Positions 16,998-27,265 of a stretch of 64,000 nt of DNA are shown here, piece by piece. Source of the DNA: an uncultured Spirochaetales bacterium. GTDB lineage: Bacteria > Spirochaetota > Spirochaetia > DSM-27196 > DATKUC01. Every line of letters starts with the position of its first letter. Position 1 is the first letter of the stretch. Location: the NCBI GenBank assembly GCA_964577375.1, contig CAZNYW010000017.1, forward strand, positions 887 to 64,886, given 5' to 3'. A program made the translations under genes and the position numbers. A model generated the notes under the pieces. It had not been told where the DNA came from. It saw only the letters and a program-made list of their open reading frames with translations, and did not search any database.

Positions 16998-17538
16998 GCC
17001 GGCGGTGCTCGACCGTCGGGTATCCCTTATGCTTCTCGAAAAGGTAGAGTGGCTCCCGGGCCGCGTATTCGATCATCCATCGATCTCTGGCGGTCTTGGC
17101 GAGTATTGAGGCTGCCATGATCTCCGGCACAATAGCGTCGCCGCGCACAACGGCTTTGGCCGCACATCCAAAATCGGGAAGGCGGTTTCCATCCACAAGT
17201 ATCAGCGCAGGTTCCACGTGGAGCGTGCCAACCGCTCTGACCATGGCAAGCAGGCTTGCCTGCAGAATATTCAGCTGATCGATTTCTTCATGGCTGGCCC
17301 AGCCCACGCCAAAGGCGACGGCCCTCTTCCTGATGATGCGCTCGACGCGCTCGCGTTTCGCTCGAGCCAGTACTTTTGAATCGGCGAGGACCTCACGCGG
17401 AAAGTCATCGGGCAGAATTACGGCCGCGGCGGTCACCGGACCGGCAAGCGGCCCGCGTCCCGCCTCGTCGACACCGCAGAGAAACGCGCCTTCAGACGGA
17501 AGCTCGACGGTGAGCCCGTCCGCGATGATATGCAGCAA
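16936..17538 (-). CDS. rnhB: Ribonuclease HII
   Basis: [13 protein letters not shown] catalytic motif and C-terminal HRR-like ...RRSF. Confidence 0.95.
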   Translation of the reverse strand: MLHIIADGLTVELPSEGAFLCGVDEAGRGPLAGPVTAAAVILPDDFPREVLADSKVLARAKRERVERIIRKRAVAFGVGWASHEEIDQLNILQASLLAMVRAVGTLHVEPALILVDGNRLPDFGCAAKAVVRGDAIVPEIMAASILAKTARDRWMIEYAAREPLYLFEKHKGYPTVEHRRLIGRYGPSKIQRRSFRFDIP

Positions 17539-17605
17539 AGCCGGCTCCTGAAGCGTAATGTCGCCGCCCTGCAGCAGATTCTGCCGCGGGACGGCGCCGG
17601 TCGAG

Positions 17606-18001
17606 TCAGCCTACTTTGACCTCTTTTGTGCTTTCCCACAAGCCGTGAATGTTGCAGTAGGAGAGCGCATGAATCGTTCCGGATTGCTTGAGTGTGACGG
17701 TGGCGGTAACGGCAGGTTCGGTGTAGGCACTGCCCTGATTTGCCCCCTTGGCCGAGGCTCCGTGAGCGAAAAACTCGTTGGTCGAAAGATGCTGGGTGAA
17801 CTTCTCACCCTCCGGCTGAAAGTAGAGCTGGATCCAGCTGATGTAGTGCTCGGTGGTGTTCGGATGCGCAATCTCCTTCCCGACGCTGGCGGTAATGGTA
17901 ACCTTCTCTCCGGCCTTGAAACTGTCCGGACACTCGATCAGCGGTGCATGCTTCTCGTTCTTGAAATCGGCAGTCTGGGTGTAATCGCCAAGTTTGGTCA
18001 T
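17606..18001 (-). CDS. Superoxide reductase, 1Fe neelaredoxin type
   Basis: EKHAPLIE, HPNTTEH and CNIHGLW iron-ligand motifs. Internal ATG (MTKLGDY) preceded by GAGGAGG. Confidence 0.9.
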   Translation of the reverse strand: MTKLGDYTQTADFKNEKHAPLIECPDSFKAGEKVTITASVGKEIAHPNTTEHYISWIQLYFQPEGEKFTQHLSTNEFFAHGASAKGANQGSAYTEPAVTATVTLKQSGTIHALSYCNIHGLWESTKEVKVG

Positions 18002-18085
18002 GTCACTCCTCCTCGTGAAATGGTGGTGTGATCTAAAGATACACTTCGCACGGGCCGCGAGCAAGGAGCGCGAAACTGGGTCAAC

Positions 18086-18114
18086 TTGACCGTGATATTC
18101 CTTGGTGGTAGAGT
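18086..18114 (+). promoter_or_regulatory. Candidate sigma70-type promoter for smc (TTGACC-N17-TAGAGT)
   Basis: Hexamers read from the sequence in the divergent SOR-smc intergenic region. Confidence 0.4.
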
Positions 18115-18142
18115 AAATCTGCGCTTTTTCGAAAACTGGGAG

Positions 18143-20950
18143 ATGACATTGTTTCTTAAGAGTATCGAGCTTTTCGGCTTCAAGTCCTTTGCGGACCGCT
18201 GCCGCATCGAATTTATCGACGGCATTTCAGCACTGCTCGGGCCAAACGGCTGCGGCAAGAGCAATGTTGTCGACGCCATCAAGTGGGTGCTTGGCGAGCA
18301 GGCGACCAAGAGTCTCCGTGCGGACCGCATGGAAGACGTCATCTTCAACGGCACCGAGAATCGCAAGGCCGTGAACGTCGCGGAGGTGACGCTCACCCTC
18401 GCCAACGACACCGGCATTCTCCCCATCGATTCGGCGGAGATAGCCATCAAGCGACGGCTGTTCCGGTCGGGCGAAAGCGAATACTACGTCAACAACACTC
18501 CTGCAAAACTCAAGGAGATCCGCGAGCTGTTCTACGACACCGGAATCGGCAAGTCGGCCTACTCCATAATGGAGCAGGGCAAGATCGATCAGGTGCTGTC
18601 GAACAAACCCGAAGAGCGGCGGAACATTTTTGAAGAGGCTGCCGGCATCACGAAATACAAGGCGAAGGGGCAGGAGGCGGAGCGCAAGCTCGAGCGAACC
18701 GAGGAGAATATGCGCCAGGTTGAGGGAATTCTCGGCGAGGTGAAGCGCAGCTACGATTCGCTCAAGAAGCAGTCCGAGAAGACCCTTCAGTACCGCGAGC
18801 TTCGAGAGAGAAGCTTCGCTGTTGAGCTCGATATGCAGCTTCTGCGGCTGAAGCAGTTCATCGAAGACCGCGATAACCGCCAGGTGCAGCTCAAGGAAAA
18901 GAGCGAACGCCGCGACGCGACGCGCAAGGAAATCGACGCCATCAACGAATCGCTCGAAGCGAACCTCGATCAGGTCAACTCGATGGAGGCCAATCTGATC
19001 GAGTGCCAGAAACGGCTCTACGGCGTGGAGCTCGAAAGGAACAATCAGACGAACCAGACCCGGCTGCTCCAGGAGCGCGTCGTCGAGATCGAGGAAAAGC
19101 ACGCGGCGGACATCGCGCGCGAGAAATCGATCTCCGAAAAGCTCGCCCGGTTGCGCGACGACGTCGATCAGAAACTGAAGACTCTCCGGGAATTCACCGT
19201 TCGGATCGAGGAGACAGAAACAAATATCGCCGGTTTCGAGGGGAATATCGAGGGCGCAAACGCGCGCATCCGGGAAAACGAAGCGGGCGCCGCGCGCAAA
19301 GACGAGGAGATACATGCCTTCGAGCAGCGCCAGGAGGCGCTCCAGAACGATCTCCGCGCGCTCACCGACGACATCGTCCAGCAGCTCGACCAGGGACTTA
19401 AGGAGAGCGGCTACTCGTATCAGGAACGGCAGCGGGTGGAGGATGAGCTTTCACAGCTCCTCGACGGAGTCCGCATCCTCACCGAAGGCCGCAGAAACCT
19501 CTTCGGGGACGTGAGCAGCCTGAGCGGGGCACAGCAGTCTGAGATCGAGAAGGTGGTGCGCTCGGGAGCGGCGGCGTTCGAGGAGCTTCACGGACAGGTT
19601 TCCCGCCTGACCGAGCTCTTCGCGAAGTATCGCACCTTCACTCCCGCCTTCCTCGACGATTTTCTCGCGCCCGAGGGCATCATCACCCGAAAGCGCGACA
19701 TCGACGAGGAGATCATCGACCTGCGCGGGAAGGTGCGCACAAACCGTGAAGAGATTGCAGGGCTCGGCGAGGAGAATCGCGCCCTTGCGGCGAAAATCGA
19801 CGAATACCGCAAAACCCTCGAGGAGCTTCGCATGAGCCGGGTGCGGCTTCGCACTCAGGTGAACGCGGTAAAGGAGACCATCGATCGCAATCAGAGCGAG
19901 ATCGCCGATCATGAAAAGAGCCTCGAGTCCAACCGGCGCGCGATAAAGGATGCAAAGGAGCGAATCGAAAGCATCCGCAGGCAGGTCGAGACTGTGCAGG
20001 CGCACCAGGCGGAGCTCAAAGAGCGCGAGAAGACGCTTCGGGAGGAGCTCGCCGGGTTGGAAAAGAACATCTCGAGCAAAAATCGCGACCTGGTAGAGAA
20101 GGAAAAGAGGCTCAAGGGCCGAATGGAGGATCTCGGCAAGACCCAGACCCAGGTCGAAAAGCTGCAGATGGATCTTGCCGAGGTGAATGCCGAGATCCGA
20201 AACATCTATACCAACTTCCGTGACCGGCACTCACGCGAGCTTTCGGAATACGAGAGCCGCATGCTCGAGGTTAGCACCTCCGCGAAAGAGCTTCGTGACC
20301 AGCTTGCCGAGATACGGGAGGAGCAGAAGAAGCTCGGCCAGGTCAACCTGATGGCCCCGGAGGAGTTTGCGGAGGTCAAAGACCGCTACGATTTCCTCTC
20401 GGGCCAGATCGAGGATCTCAGAAAGGCCAAGGAGGACCTGGTCCGGGTGACCGGCCAGATCAGAACCGAATCGGCGGAGCTCTTTCTCGACACCTATGAA
20501 AAGATAAAGAAGAACTTCCACAGCATGTTCCGCCGGCTCTTCGGAGGCGGGCGGGCCGAGCTCAAGCTGATTGAGGGCGAAGAGGTGCTGGAATCCGGGA
20601 TCGAAATCCTCGTCCAGCCGCCGGGCAAGAAACTCGAGAACATAGCGCTGCTTTCGGGCGGCGAGCGATCGCTGACGGCGGTAGCTCTGCTGTTTGCGAC
20701 CTACATGGTGAAGCCTTCGCCCTTCTGTCTGCTGGACGAGATCGATGCGGCCCTCGACGAGAACAATGTGATGCGCTTTGTGAACATGCTCGCCGAGTTC
20801 GGCACGACATCGCAGTTTATCGTGATCACGCACAACAAGAAGACCGTCTCAGGGGCAAAAACCCTTCTTGGTGTTACAATGGAAGAGTCGGGCGTCTCGA
20901 AAGTGATCGCCCTTCGTCTGGATATGAAGGAGCCGGTACATGCAGGATGA
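18143..20950 (+). CDS. smc: Chromosome segregation protein SMC
   Basis: Walker A GPNGCGKSN, long coiled coils, signature LSGGERSL and Walker B FCLLDEIDAALD. Start at the internal ATG (MTLFLKSIEL). Confidence 0.95.
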   Translation: MTLFLKSIELFGFKSFADRCRIEFIDGISALLGPNGCGKSNVVDAIKWVLGEQATKSLRADRMEDVIFNGTENRKAVNVAEVTLTLANDTGILPIDSAEIAIKRRLFRSGESEYYVNNTPAKLKEIRELFYDTGIGKSAYSIMEQGKIDQVLSNKPEERRNIFEEAAGITKYKAKGQEAERKLERTEENMRQVEGILGEVKRSYDSLKKQSEKTLQYRELRERSFAVELDMQLLRLKQFIEDRDNRQVQLKEKSERRDATRKEIDAINESLEANLDQVNSMEANLIECQKRLYGVELERNNQTNQTRLLQERVVEIEEKHAADIAREKSISEKLARLRDDVDQKLKTLREFTVRIEETETNIAGFEGNIEGANARIRENEAGAARKDEEIHAFEQRQEALQNDLRALTDDIVQQLDQGLKESGYSYQERQRVEDELSQLLDGVRILTEGRRNLFGDVSSLSGAQQSEIEKVVRSGAAAFEELHGQVSRLTELFAKYRTFTPAFLDDFLAPEGIITRKRDIDEEIIDLRGKVRTNREEIAGLGEENRALAAKIDEYRKTLEELRMSRVRLRTQVNAVKETIDRNQSEIADHEKSLESNRRAIKDAKERIESIRRQVETVQAHQAELKEREKTLREELAGLEKNISSKNRDLVEKEKRLKGRMEDLGKTQTQVEKLQMDLAEVNAEIRNIYTNFRDRHSRELSEYESRMLEVSTSAKELRDQLAEIREEQKKLGQVNLMAPEEFAEVKDRYDFLSGQIEDLRKAKEDLVRVTGQIRTESAELFLDTYEKIKKNFHSMFRRLFGGGRAELKLIEGEEVLESGIEILVQPPGKKLENIALLSGGERSLTAVALLFATYMVKPSPFCLLDEIDAALDENNVMRFVNMLAEFGTTSQFIVITHNKKTVSGAKTLLGVTMEESGVSKVIALRLDMKEPVHAG

Positions 20951-21542
20951 CGAATCATTTCAGGATGATTCGGAATCTAGTGACGATCTGTCGGGCGGCA
21001 GGCGAGCTGCACGTCCGGGGGAGGGGAGCGTTCCCGGCCGAATGCTACGGCTGGCCGTTGAATCGATACGCAATGCCGCGGAAGATCTGCGTCCGCGGAT
21101 CAGGGAGTTCCTCTCCTCTTCGGAAGGCTTCACACGGGGGCTCAAAGTCATCGTCATCGGAACTCTCTCCCTTGCCTTCCTGATCGTCGTATTGCTTCTA
21201 GTTTTCTATAGACCTGCGGGCCGCGCGGCGGCGCCGGGGACCGGTCGGGCGTCGATAGCTGCCGATATGTCGTCTGCGGCGAAGTCTGCCGGAGGAAGCC
21301 CCGGTGGCACGGTCCTCAGCTGGATCACCACGCCGATACAGCCGACGGACTATCTGGTACCCCGGACCGACCGGGAGGCGCTCAATAGTGGTCTGTCGTG
21401 GCGGCTTTCGCGCACGCCGAAGGAGTCCTGGGGCCAGAAGGAAATCTCACGGTTCTGGATAGATCCGACCCAGCTGGTGATCGAACATTTATCGAAGAGG
21501 AACGACGGACTGATCGACGGGCTGTTGAAAGACGCGCCCTGA
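20940..21542 (+). CDS. Hypothetical membrane-anchored protein (acidic N-terminus, one TM helix)
   Basis: ORF overlaps the smc stop by 11 nt. TM segment VIVIGTLSLAFLIVVLLLVF. No recognisable domain. Confidence 0.5.
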   Translation: MQDDESFQDDSESSDDLSGGRRAARPGEGSVPGRMLRLAVESIRNAAEDLRPRIREFLSSSEGFTRGLKVIVIGTLSLAFLIVVLLLVFYRPAGRAAAPGTGRASIAADMSSAAKSAGGSPGGTVLSWITTPIQPTDYLVPRTDREALNSGLSWRLSRTPKESWGQKEISRFWIDPTQLVIEHLSKRNDGLIDGLLKDAP

Positions 21543-21616
21543 CGATACGGAAATGCAGGTGAATGCCCGGTGGGCATGAATCGAGTGTGACCGCAATGCC
21601 ATCACGGGAGGGGACG

Positions 21617-23530
21617 ATGGGTAACAGGGTTCACACAGGACAGGCAAGGTGGATTCTCGCAGCCGGAGCCGCGGCGATTCTGCTGGGGCTTGTCGTCTCC
21701 TGTTCGAGTACGCCAAAACCAAAGACTGCACTGTCAACGACTCAGGGTCCAACGTCTGAGGCTGCTTCGAAGCCGGGAGGCGTTCCGGGAAGCGACTCGG
21801 GCGAGAGATCCGCCTCGAGCACGACGGCACCTGTCATTGCGCAGGCTGTTCCGGCGCTCGAAGCGCCGCTGCCGGTTCCATCCGAGACGCCCGGCGCCGG
21901 GAGCCCGGTCGGTTCGGCCGGCCTGCAGCTGCTGCCGGAGCCTGAGCTGCCGCCGCCCGGGAGTCCGCCGACGACCGCGGCCAGCGGCGCAGAGCCGTCG
22001 GAGGGATCCGCAGGCGCGTCGCATGCAGGAGCCGCTCCGACGGCCGCCGCGAGTCAATCGCAGTCGAACGAAAATCAGCCGCTGCTGCCTGAGACGCCTT
22101 CGAGTGCCGGAGCGCTCCCGGTTCCCTTCCTCCCGGGGGCCGATGTGACCACACCGAAGAAGACTCCGGATGCAACGCCTGCGCGGCCGTCGAATCCGGC
22201 CCCCGCGGAGCCGCCTGCCGCATCGCATTCACCTGCGATGGCGGCGCCGCGCGTTCCGGCAGCCGCGCCCGCGGAGAGGGCACAGAGGCCGGCACCTGCA
22301 CGGCCGTCTATTGCCGCGGCGCCGGCCGGACCGGCGTTCCGGGGACGACCAGCCTCTTCGGCTGCGCCGCAGCGAGCGAGCAGCGCAGCAGCTTCGACGC
22401 GGGCAACCCCTGCTGCACCGGCATCAACGCCGTCGAGCGGCCCCGTCGCTCAGCCGCAGGAGTCGCCTGCCGTGGCTGTTTCGGAGCACATTTCCGGCCT
22501 GCTCGGTCGGGACCTTTCGGTGAGCTTTCCGGGTGACGGCTGGATCTACCTCGGCACCGAGACCGGAAGCGATGCGGTGAATTTCGTGAACAAGAAGGTG
22601 ATGGACGGGCATTCGGAGTTCGTCTTTCGGGTCACGCGCCCGGGGGACTTCACGCTGCTGTTCGAGCGGCAGAACCTGCAAACGGGCAGCCAGGAGGATC
22701 GGAACATTGCCCTCAAGATAGTCACCCCACCGCCGGATTTCGGAGGGCGGACGCCTCGGGGAACGGCCATGGGCGGCGGGGCGCCGATGGCGGACAAGGT
22801 TGCAGCCGCCGGCAGCGATGGGGGAACCTCTCAGCCGGCTCCTGCCGGGACCGGTTCCTCGTCCGGCGGTGCCGCCGCGCCGGCTGACGGATCGGGCGGC
22901 ACCGGCGGGGTGGCGTCTGGAACCTCGACGCCCGGAGCAGCGCCTGTCGCGCAGCAGGGAGCGGCCTCGGGATCCGGTGGCACGACACCCGGCTCGGTGA
23001 GTCCATCGCCAGGGGCTGCGCCGACCGGAACCGTGGGGAAGGGAACGTCTACCGCGACTGGGGCTATCCTGGGAAATCCGGCGGGCGCCACTTCGTCTTC
23101 CGGCGGTAACGGCGGGGCGGCCGCAGCCGGAGGGGCAACCGGGCCTAGCGGAGCAACCGGACCCAGCGGAGCGGCCGGAGGCCCGCAATCGACCCAGCCC
23201 GCCGGGCAGGGCAGCACCGTGCCGAGCTTCGACCTCACGACCGCGGAGGGGCTTCTGGCGGCTGCAAAGTACTATCTCGCCCAGAACAACGCAACCGAGG
23301 CCGAAAAGCTCCTGAACGAATACATCGATCGCTACAGCTATGCGAACAATGCGGACGAGGCCTACTACCTGCTCGCGAAGCTCTACGAGCAGGATGCCAG
23401 GGTCAGGAACATCGAAAAATCGCTTCAGTACTACACCATGCTGCGGAACGAGTTCCCGCTGAGCAGTTACTGGGAAGAGGCGGGGAAGCAGATCCGGTAC
23501 CTCACCCGCCATTTCATCTACGTCCGGTAG
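21617..23530 (+). CDS. Lipoprotein with long Pro/Ala/Ser/Gly-rich disordered regions and a C-terminal TPR/BamD-like helical module
   Basis: GGGAGGGG Shine-Dalgarno before ATG 21617. Signal peptide with lipobox LVVSC. More than 250 aa of low complexity. C-terminal LLAAAKYYLAQNNATEAEKLL...YYLLAKLYEQ helical repeats. Confidence 0.7.
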   Translation: MGNRVHTGQARWILAAGAAAILLGLVVSCSSTPKPKTALSTTQGPTSEAASKPGGVPGSDSGERSASSTTAPVIAQAVPALEAPLPVPSETPGAGSPVGSAGLQLLPEPELPPPGSPPTTAASGAEPSEGSAGASHAGAAPTAAASQSQSNENQPLLPETPSSAGALPVPFLPGADVTTPKKTPDATPARPSNPAPAEPPAASHSPAMAAPRVPAAAPAERAQRPAPARPSIAAAPAGPAFRGRPASSAAPQRASSAAASTRATPAAPASTPSSGPVAQPQESPAVAVSEHISGLLGRDLSVSFPGDGWIYLGTETGSDAVNFVNKKVMDGHSEFVFRVTRPGDFTLLFERQNLQTGSQEDRNIALKIVTPPPDFGGRTPRGTAMGGGAPMADKVAAAGSDGGTSQPAPAGTGSSSGGAAAPADGSGGTGGVASGTSTPGAAPVAQQGAASGSGGTTPGSVSPSPGAAPTGTVGKGTSTATGAILGNPAGATSSSGGNGGAAAAGGATGPSGATGPSGAAGGPQSTQPAGQGSTVPSFDLTTAEGLLAAAKYYLAQNNATEAEKLLNEYIDRYSYANNADEAYYLLAKLYEQDARVRNIEKSLQYYTMLRNEFPLSSYWEEAGKQIRYLTRHFIYVR

Positions 23531-23555
23531 CAACGGGCCCAGGAATCGGGTCCGG

Positions 23556-23584
23556 TTGACACTGGCAGGTCAGGCAAGTATAAA
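23556..23584 (+). promoter_or_regulatory. Near-consensus sigma70 promoter upstream of ffh (TTGACA-N17-TATAAA)
   Basis: Exact -35 consensus, 17-nt spacer and TATAAAT -10, about 90 nt upstream of the ffh ATG. Confidence 0.6.
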
Positions 23585-23676
23585 TAAGGATAAAACTCCC
23601 GGCTCGTCTGGCGCAAGCAATTGCCGCTTTCGGCGCTGGAGTTGTAAATTAGTCGGCAGCTCAAGGCTCGCAGAAC

Positions 23677-25005
23677 ATGCTCGATAGAATTTCGCGGAAA
23701 TTTTCGGATGTTGTCCGGCAGGTGTCGGGCAAGGCGGCTATTTCCGAAAAGAACATACAGGACGCAGTCCAGGAGATCAAAGTCGCGCTTCTTGAGGCGG
23801 ACGTGAATCTCCGCGTCGTCCGGCGATTCGTTAACCGCACGATCGAAGACGCGACGGGCGAACAGGTAATACGTGCCGTATCGCCCGGGCAGCAGTTCAT
23901 CAAGATCATCTATGATCGGATGGTACAGCTGCTCGGTGACGAACGGCAGGAGCTCTCGCTCCGCGGACCGGACACGCAGTCGGTTATCCTGCTTCTGGGA
24001 CTTCAGGGGTCAGGCAAGACGACGACAGCTGCGAAGCTCGGCGTTCATCTCGCCAGACGGAGCCGGAAGCCGCTGCTTGTGGCGGCAGACCTTGTCCGTC
24101 CTGCAGCGGTCGAGCAGCTCGTCGTCCTGGGGAGACAGGCCGGGATCGAAGTCTACCGCGAAGAGGGGGCGAGCGATCCGGTGAAGGTCGTGAAAAACGG
24201 CCTCGCGTTTGCCCGGAAAGGGCAGTTCGACACCGTTCTCGTCGATACCTCCGGACGGATGCAGATCGATGAGGCGTTGATGGCCGAGATCGTCAGGATT
24301 CGCGATGCGGCGAAGCCTGACGAGACGCTTCTCGTTGCCGATGCAATGACCGGTCAGAACGCGGTCGACATCGCCAGGGAGTTCGACGAAAAGGTCGGAG
24401 TTACCGGAGTCGTGCTCACGAAGTTCGATTCCGACACCCGCGGCGGCGCAGCGCTTTCGCTCAAGTCGATAACCGGGAAGGCGGTGAAGTACATCGGCGT
24501 GGGCGAGAAGCTCGATGCCCTGGAGCCCTTCTACCCTGATCGAATCGCTTCACGGATTCTGGGGATGGGCGATGTGGTCAGCCTGGTCGAGAAGGCGCAG
24601 GAAAACTTCGACCAGGAAGAGGCCGTAGCGCTCCAGCAGAAGATGGCGTCGGAGACCTTCACGCTCCAGGATTACCTGGATCAGTTTCAGAAGGTCCGAA
24701 AGATGGGAAGTGTTCAATCGCTGGTCGAGATGATGCCCGGGCTCAAGGGACGGGTGGATGAGAATTCGATAGACGACGGCGAAATGAAACGTGAAGAGGC
24801 GATTATCCAGTCGATGACCCGGAACGAACGGGGCAACTACCGGATAATCGGGCCTTCGCGGAGAAAGCGAATTGCCCACGGAAGCGGAACATCCGTGTTC
24901 GAAGTGAATCGATTGTTGAAGAAGTTCGAGAAGATGAAACTCATGATGAGAAAGGTGTCAAAGAGCAAAAAGCTTCAATCCCGGCTGTTTGCCGGCGATC
25001 TGTAG
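23677..25005 (+). CDS. ffh: Signal recognition particle protein Ffh
   Basis: GLQGSGKTTT, DTSGR and TKFD GTPase motifs. Met-rich M domain. Confidence 0.97.
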   Translation: MLDRISRKFSDVVRQVSGKAAISEKNIQDAVQEIKVALLEADVNLRVVRRFVNRTIEDATGEQVIRAVSPGQQFIKIIYDRMVQLLGDERQELSLRGPDTQSVILLLGLQGSGKTTTAAKLGVHLARRSRKPLLVAADLVRPAAVEQLVVLGRQAGIEVYREEGASDPVKVVKNGLAFARKGQFDTVLVDTSGRMQIDEALMAEIVRIRDAAKPDETLLVADAMTGQNAVDIAREFDEKVGVTGVVLTKFDSDTRGGAALSLKSITGKAVKYIGVGEKLDALEPFYPDRIASRILGMGDVVSLVEKAQENFDQEEAVALQQKMASETFTLQDYLDQFQKVRKMGSVQSLVEMMPGLKGRVDENSIDDGEMKREEAIIQSMTRNERGNYRIIGPSRRKRIAHGSGTSVFEVNRLLKKFEKMKLMMRKVSKSKKLQSRLFAGDL

Positions 25006-25052
25006 GCTGCAATTCGCGGCACCTCGAAGTTGCATGCGCGAGGAGGATTTAG

Positions 25053-25304
25053 GTGAGTGTCAGTATCAGACTGAAAAGGTTCGGGACAAAGAAGCGCCCA
25101 TTCTATCGGATCGTTGTAACCGATTCACGGGCTCCGCGGGACGGCGCCACGCTCGAGGAGGTCGGCCTCTACCATCCGATCGAGCTGGAAGAGAAGCAGA
25201 TTACGCTTCAGGAAGACCGCATCAAAGAGTGGCTGGACAAGGGTGCCCGGCCGAGCGATACCGTACGGAGACTTCTGAATCGCAAGAACTTCCACCTCAA
25301 ATAG
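25053..25304 (+). CDS. rpsP: 30S ribosomal protein S16
   Basis: [19 protein letters not shown] signature. GTG start preceded by GAGGAGG. Confidence 0.95.
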   Translation: MSVSIRLKRFGTKKRPFYRIVVTDSRAPRDGATLEEVGLYHPIELEEKQITLQEDRIKEWLDKGARPSDTVRRLLNRKNFHLK

Positions 25305-25329
25305 CGGCGGCTCGTCGAATCTCAAGGAG

Positions 25330-25569
25330 TTGAGTGTGGAAAAAGAGTTGGTAACCTACGTTGCACGGGCCCTTGTGGACGAGCCCGATGGCGTCGAGGT
25401 GAACATGATCGAAGGTGAAAAGTCCACGATACTCGAATTGAAGGTCTCGCAGGCCGATATCGGAAAGGTCATCGGCAAGCACGGGCGGATCGCAAAGGCT
25501 ATTCGCACGATTCTCAGTGCGACCGCCACGAAGACCGGAAAGCGAATCGTTCTGGAGATTCTCGACTGA
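25330..25569 (+). CDS. KH-domain RNA-binding protein (YlqC/UPF0109)
   Basis: VIGKHGRIAKAIRTIL GxxG KH motif. Conserved position between rpsP and rimM. Confidence 0.9.
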   Translation: MSVEKELVTYVARALVDEPDGVEVNMIEGEKSTILELKVSQADIGKVIGKHGRIAKAIRTILSATATKTGKRIVLEILD

Positions 25570-25581
25570 CAGGGTGAGGGT

Positions 25582-26115
25582 ATGAGTGATTCGTCGACCG
25601 CGAACGACATGCCGGCGGATATGCTGGCGGTCGGCGTGGTCCGGGGTACCCATGGTCTTGACGGCAGAATCAAGGTGGAAAGCCTGTCCGGCGAGGCGGA
25701 CCACTTTTTCAGGATGACGGCGGTCACCGTTTTCCAGAACGGTCGGAAGAGGCAGTACCGGATTGAATCGGTTACCGGTTCCGGCAGCTCGCTGATCGTA
25801 AAGCTTGACGGAGCGGACGACGTGGACGAGGCGCGCAGGCTCGTCGGCGCCGAATTGTGGCAGCCGCGTGAGCTTGCCGCGCCGCTCGGCGAAGCGGAGT
25901 TCTATTACCGGGACCTGTGCCGGTGTGAACTGGCTTTCGATGGCCGCACGGTCGGAAGGATTGCCGGCGTCAGCAGCGCTGCGGGTGCCGAGCTTCTGGA
26001 GGTCCGCTGCACGGACGGAAAGACGGTGCTTGTGCCGTTCCGGGACGAGTTCATTGGTGAAGTGAACGTCGACAAGCGAACGGTTGAGCTGAAGGCCGGC
26101 TGGATTCTGGAATGA
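25582..26115 (+). CDS. rimM: 16S rRNA processing protein RimM
   Basis: VGVVRGTHGLDGRIKVE and ...LVPFRDEFIGEVNVD pattern, plus synteny. Confidence 0.9.
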   Translation: MSDSSTANDMPADMLAVGVVRGTHGLDGRIKVESLSGEADHFFRMTAVTVFQNGRKRQYRIESVTGSGSSLIVKLDGADDVDEARRLVGAELWQPRELAAPLGEAEFYYRDLCRCELAFDGRTVGRIAGVSSAAGAELLEVRCTDGKTVLVPFRDEFIGEVNVDKRTVELKAGWILE

Positions 26116-26861
26116 AGATCACCGTGCTCAGCCTTTTTCCGGAAATTGTCGACGCATTTTTTGATTCGTCGATAATGGCGAAGTCGCGGGAGAAGGGGCT
26201 GATCGAATACCGGTCCGTCAATATCCGCGACTACGCGCATGACCGCCACCGCACCTGCGATGACGCACCCTACGGTGGCGGCGCCGGAATGGTGCTGAAA
26301 CCGGAGCCCGTCGCACGGGCGCTCGAAGACGCCGGGGCAAAGGCGGTTCGGACGGTTTTCGCGACACCGTCGGGCAGGCTTTTCGACCAGGCATGCGCGC
26401 GAGAGCTCGCCGCGGAGCCGGAGCTGCTTTTCCTGTGCGGCCGCTACGAGGGGGTCGATCAGCGCGTGATCGACCTCTACATCGATGACGAGATATCGAT
26501 CGGCGACTACGTGATTTCGTCGGGAGAGATTGCGACCCTGGTGATTGTGGATGCGGTGTACCGGCTGATCGAAGGGGTGATCTCGGCCGATTCTCTCGAA
26601 GAGGAGAGTTTTGAGCGGGGGCTTCTGGAATACCCGCACTACACCAGGCCGGAGAACTTCGAAGGTTTGCGGGTGCCGGAAGTGCTGCTTTCCGGCCACC
26701 ATGAGAATATTCGTGGGTGGCGGCTTTCGCAGAGCCTTGCGAAGACTGCGAAGTATCGGCCGGACCTGATGGAACGGGTGGTGCTGACGACCGAAGAAAA
26801 GAGATTGATTGAAAAAGCAGGATGGGAAGGAGCGGATTATGGATGCGATAAAGGCAGTTGA
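26112..26861 (+). CDS. trmD: tRNA (guanine37-N1)-methyltransferase TrmD
   Basis: [22 protein letters not shown] and [11 protein letters not shown] motifs. ATGA overlap with rimM. Confidence 0.97.
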   Translation: MKITVLSLFPEIVDAFFDSSIMAKSREKGLIEYRSVNIRDYAHDRHRTCDDAPYGGGAGMVLKPEPVARALEDAGAKAVRTVFATPSGRLFDQACARELAAEPELLFLCGRYEGVDQRVIDLYIDDEISIGDYVISSGEIATLVIVDAVYRLIEGVISADSLEEESFERGLLEYPHYTRPENFEGLRVPEVLLSGHHENIRGWRLSQSLAKTAKYRPDLMERVVLTTEEKRLIEKAGWEGADYGCDKGS

Positions 26862-27240
26862 AACACCGCAGATGAAGGACAATGCGGAGAACTTCCGCAT
26901 CGGAGATACCATCAAGGTTCACTTCAACATCGTTGAAGGAAGGAACGAGCGCGTACAGGTTTACGAGGGTCTGGTAATTGCGTTGAAGAACGGCGGACTT
27001 CGAAAGACCGTGACCGTGCGCAAAATGTCCTACGGCGTTGGGGTGGAAAGAGTCTTTCCGCTGCATTCTCCGCGGATCCAGAAGATTGAAGTTGTTCGCG
27101 CCGGAAAGGTGCGGCGATCGAAGCTATATTATATCCGTGAGCGTGTCGGAAAGTCGGCCAAGGTCAAAGAGCTTATCCGGAAGAAGTCTACTTCGAGGTC
27201 TGCGCCGCAGGCGGCCGCGGAATCTCAGGAACAGCAATAA
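26839..27240 (+). CDS. rplS: 50S ribosomal protein L19
   Basis: [26 protein letters not shown]...RRSKLYYIR. Internal ATG of listed ORF 26809-27240. Confidence 0.95.
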   Translation: MDAIKAVETPQMKDNAENFRIGDTIKVHFNIVEGRNERVQVYEGLVIALKNGGLRKTVTVRKMSYGVGVERVFPLHSPRIQKIEVVRAGKVRRSKLYYIRERVGKSAKVKELIRKKSTSRSAPQAAAESQEQQ

Positions 27241-27265
27241 GCCCTCCGGCGGGAGATGACGCGCG

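Noticed and set aside
18028-18048. Near-palindrome GTGTGATCT-aa-AGATACAC upstream of the superoxide reductase gene as a PerR/Fur-type operator
   Set aside because: The arms are imperfect, with one extra base, and there is no resemblance to Fur/PerR box consensus. It is too weak to call.
21690-23533. Multiple 100-370-aa ORFs in other frames and on the other strand across the Pro/Ala-rich lipoprotein gene; possible repeat array
   Set aside because: These are a consequence of extreme GC and low complexity. Only the 21617 frame has a Shine-Dalgarno, a lipoprotein signal peptide and an ordered C-terminal domain. There is no spacer-repeat periodicity, so it is not a CRISPR array.
23585-23676. About 90-nt ffh leader examined for SRP (4.5S) RNA, a riboswitch or a ylxM-like small ORF
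   Set aside because: No GGAA-tetraloop/AGCA SRP domain-IV signature is present, only a 4-bp hairpin and an 8-nt GCAATTGC palindrome. No coding potential.
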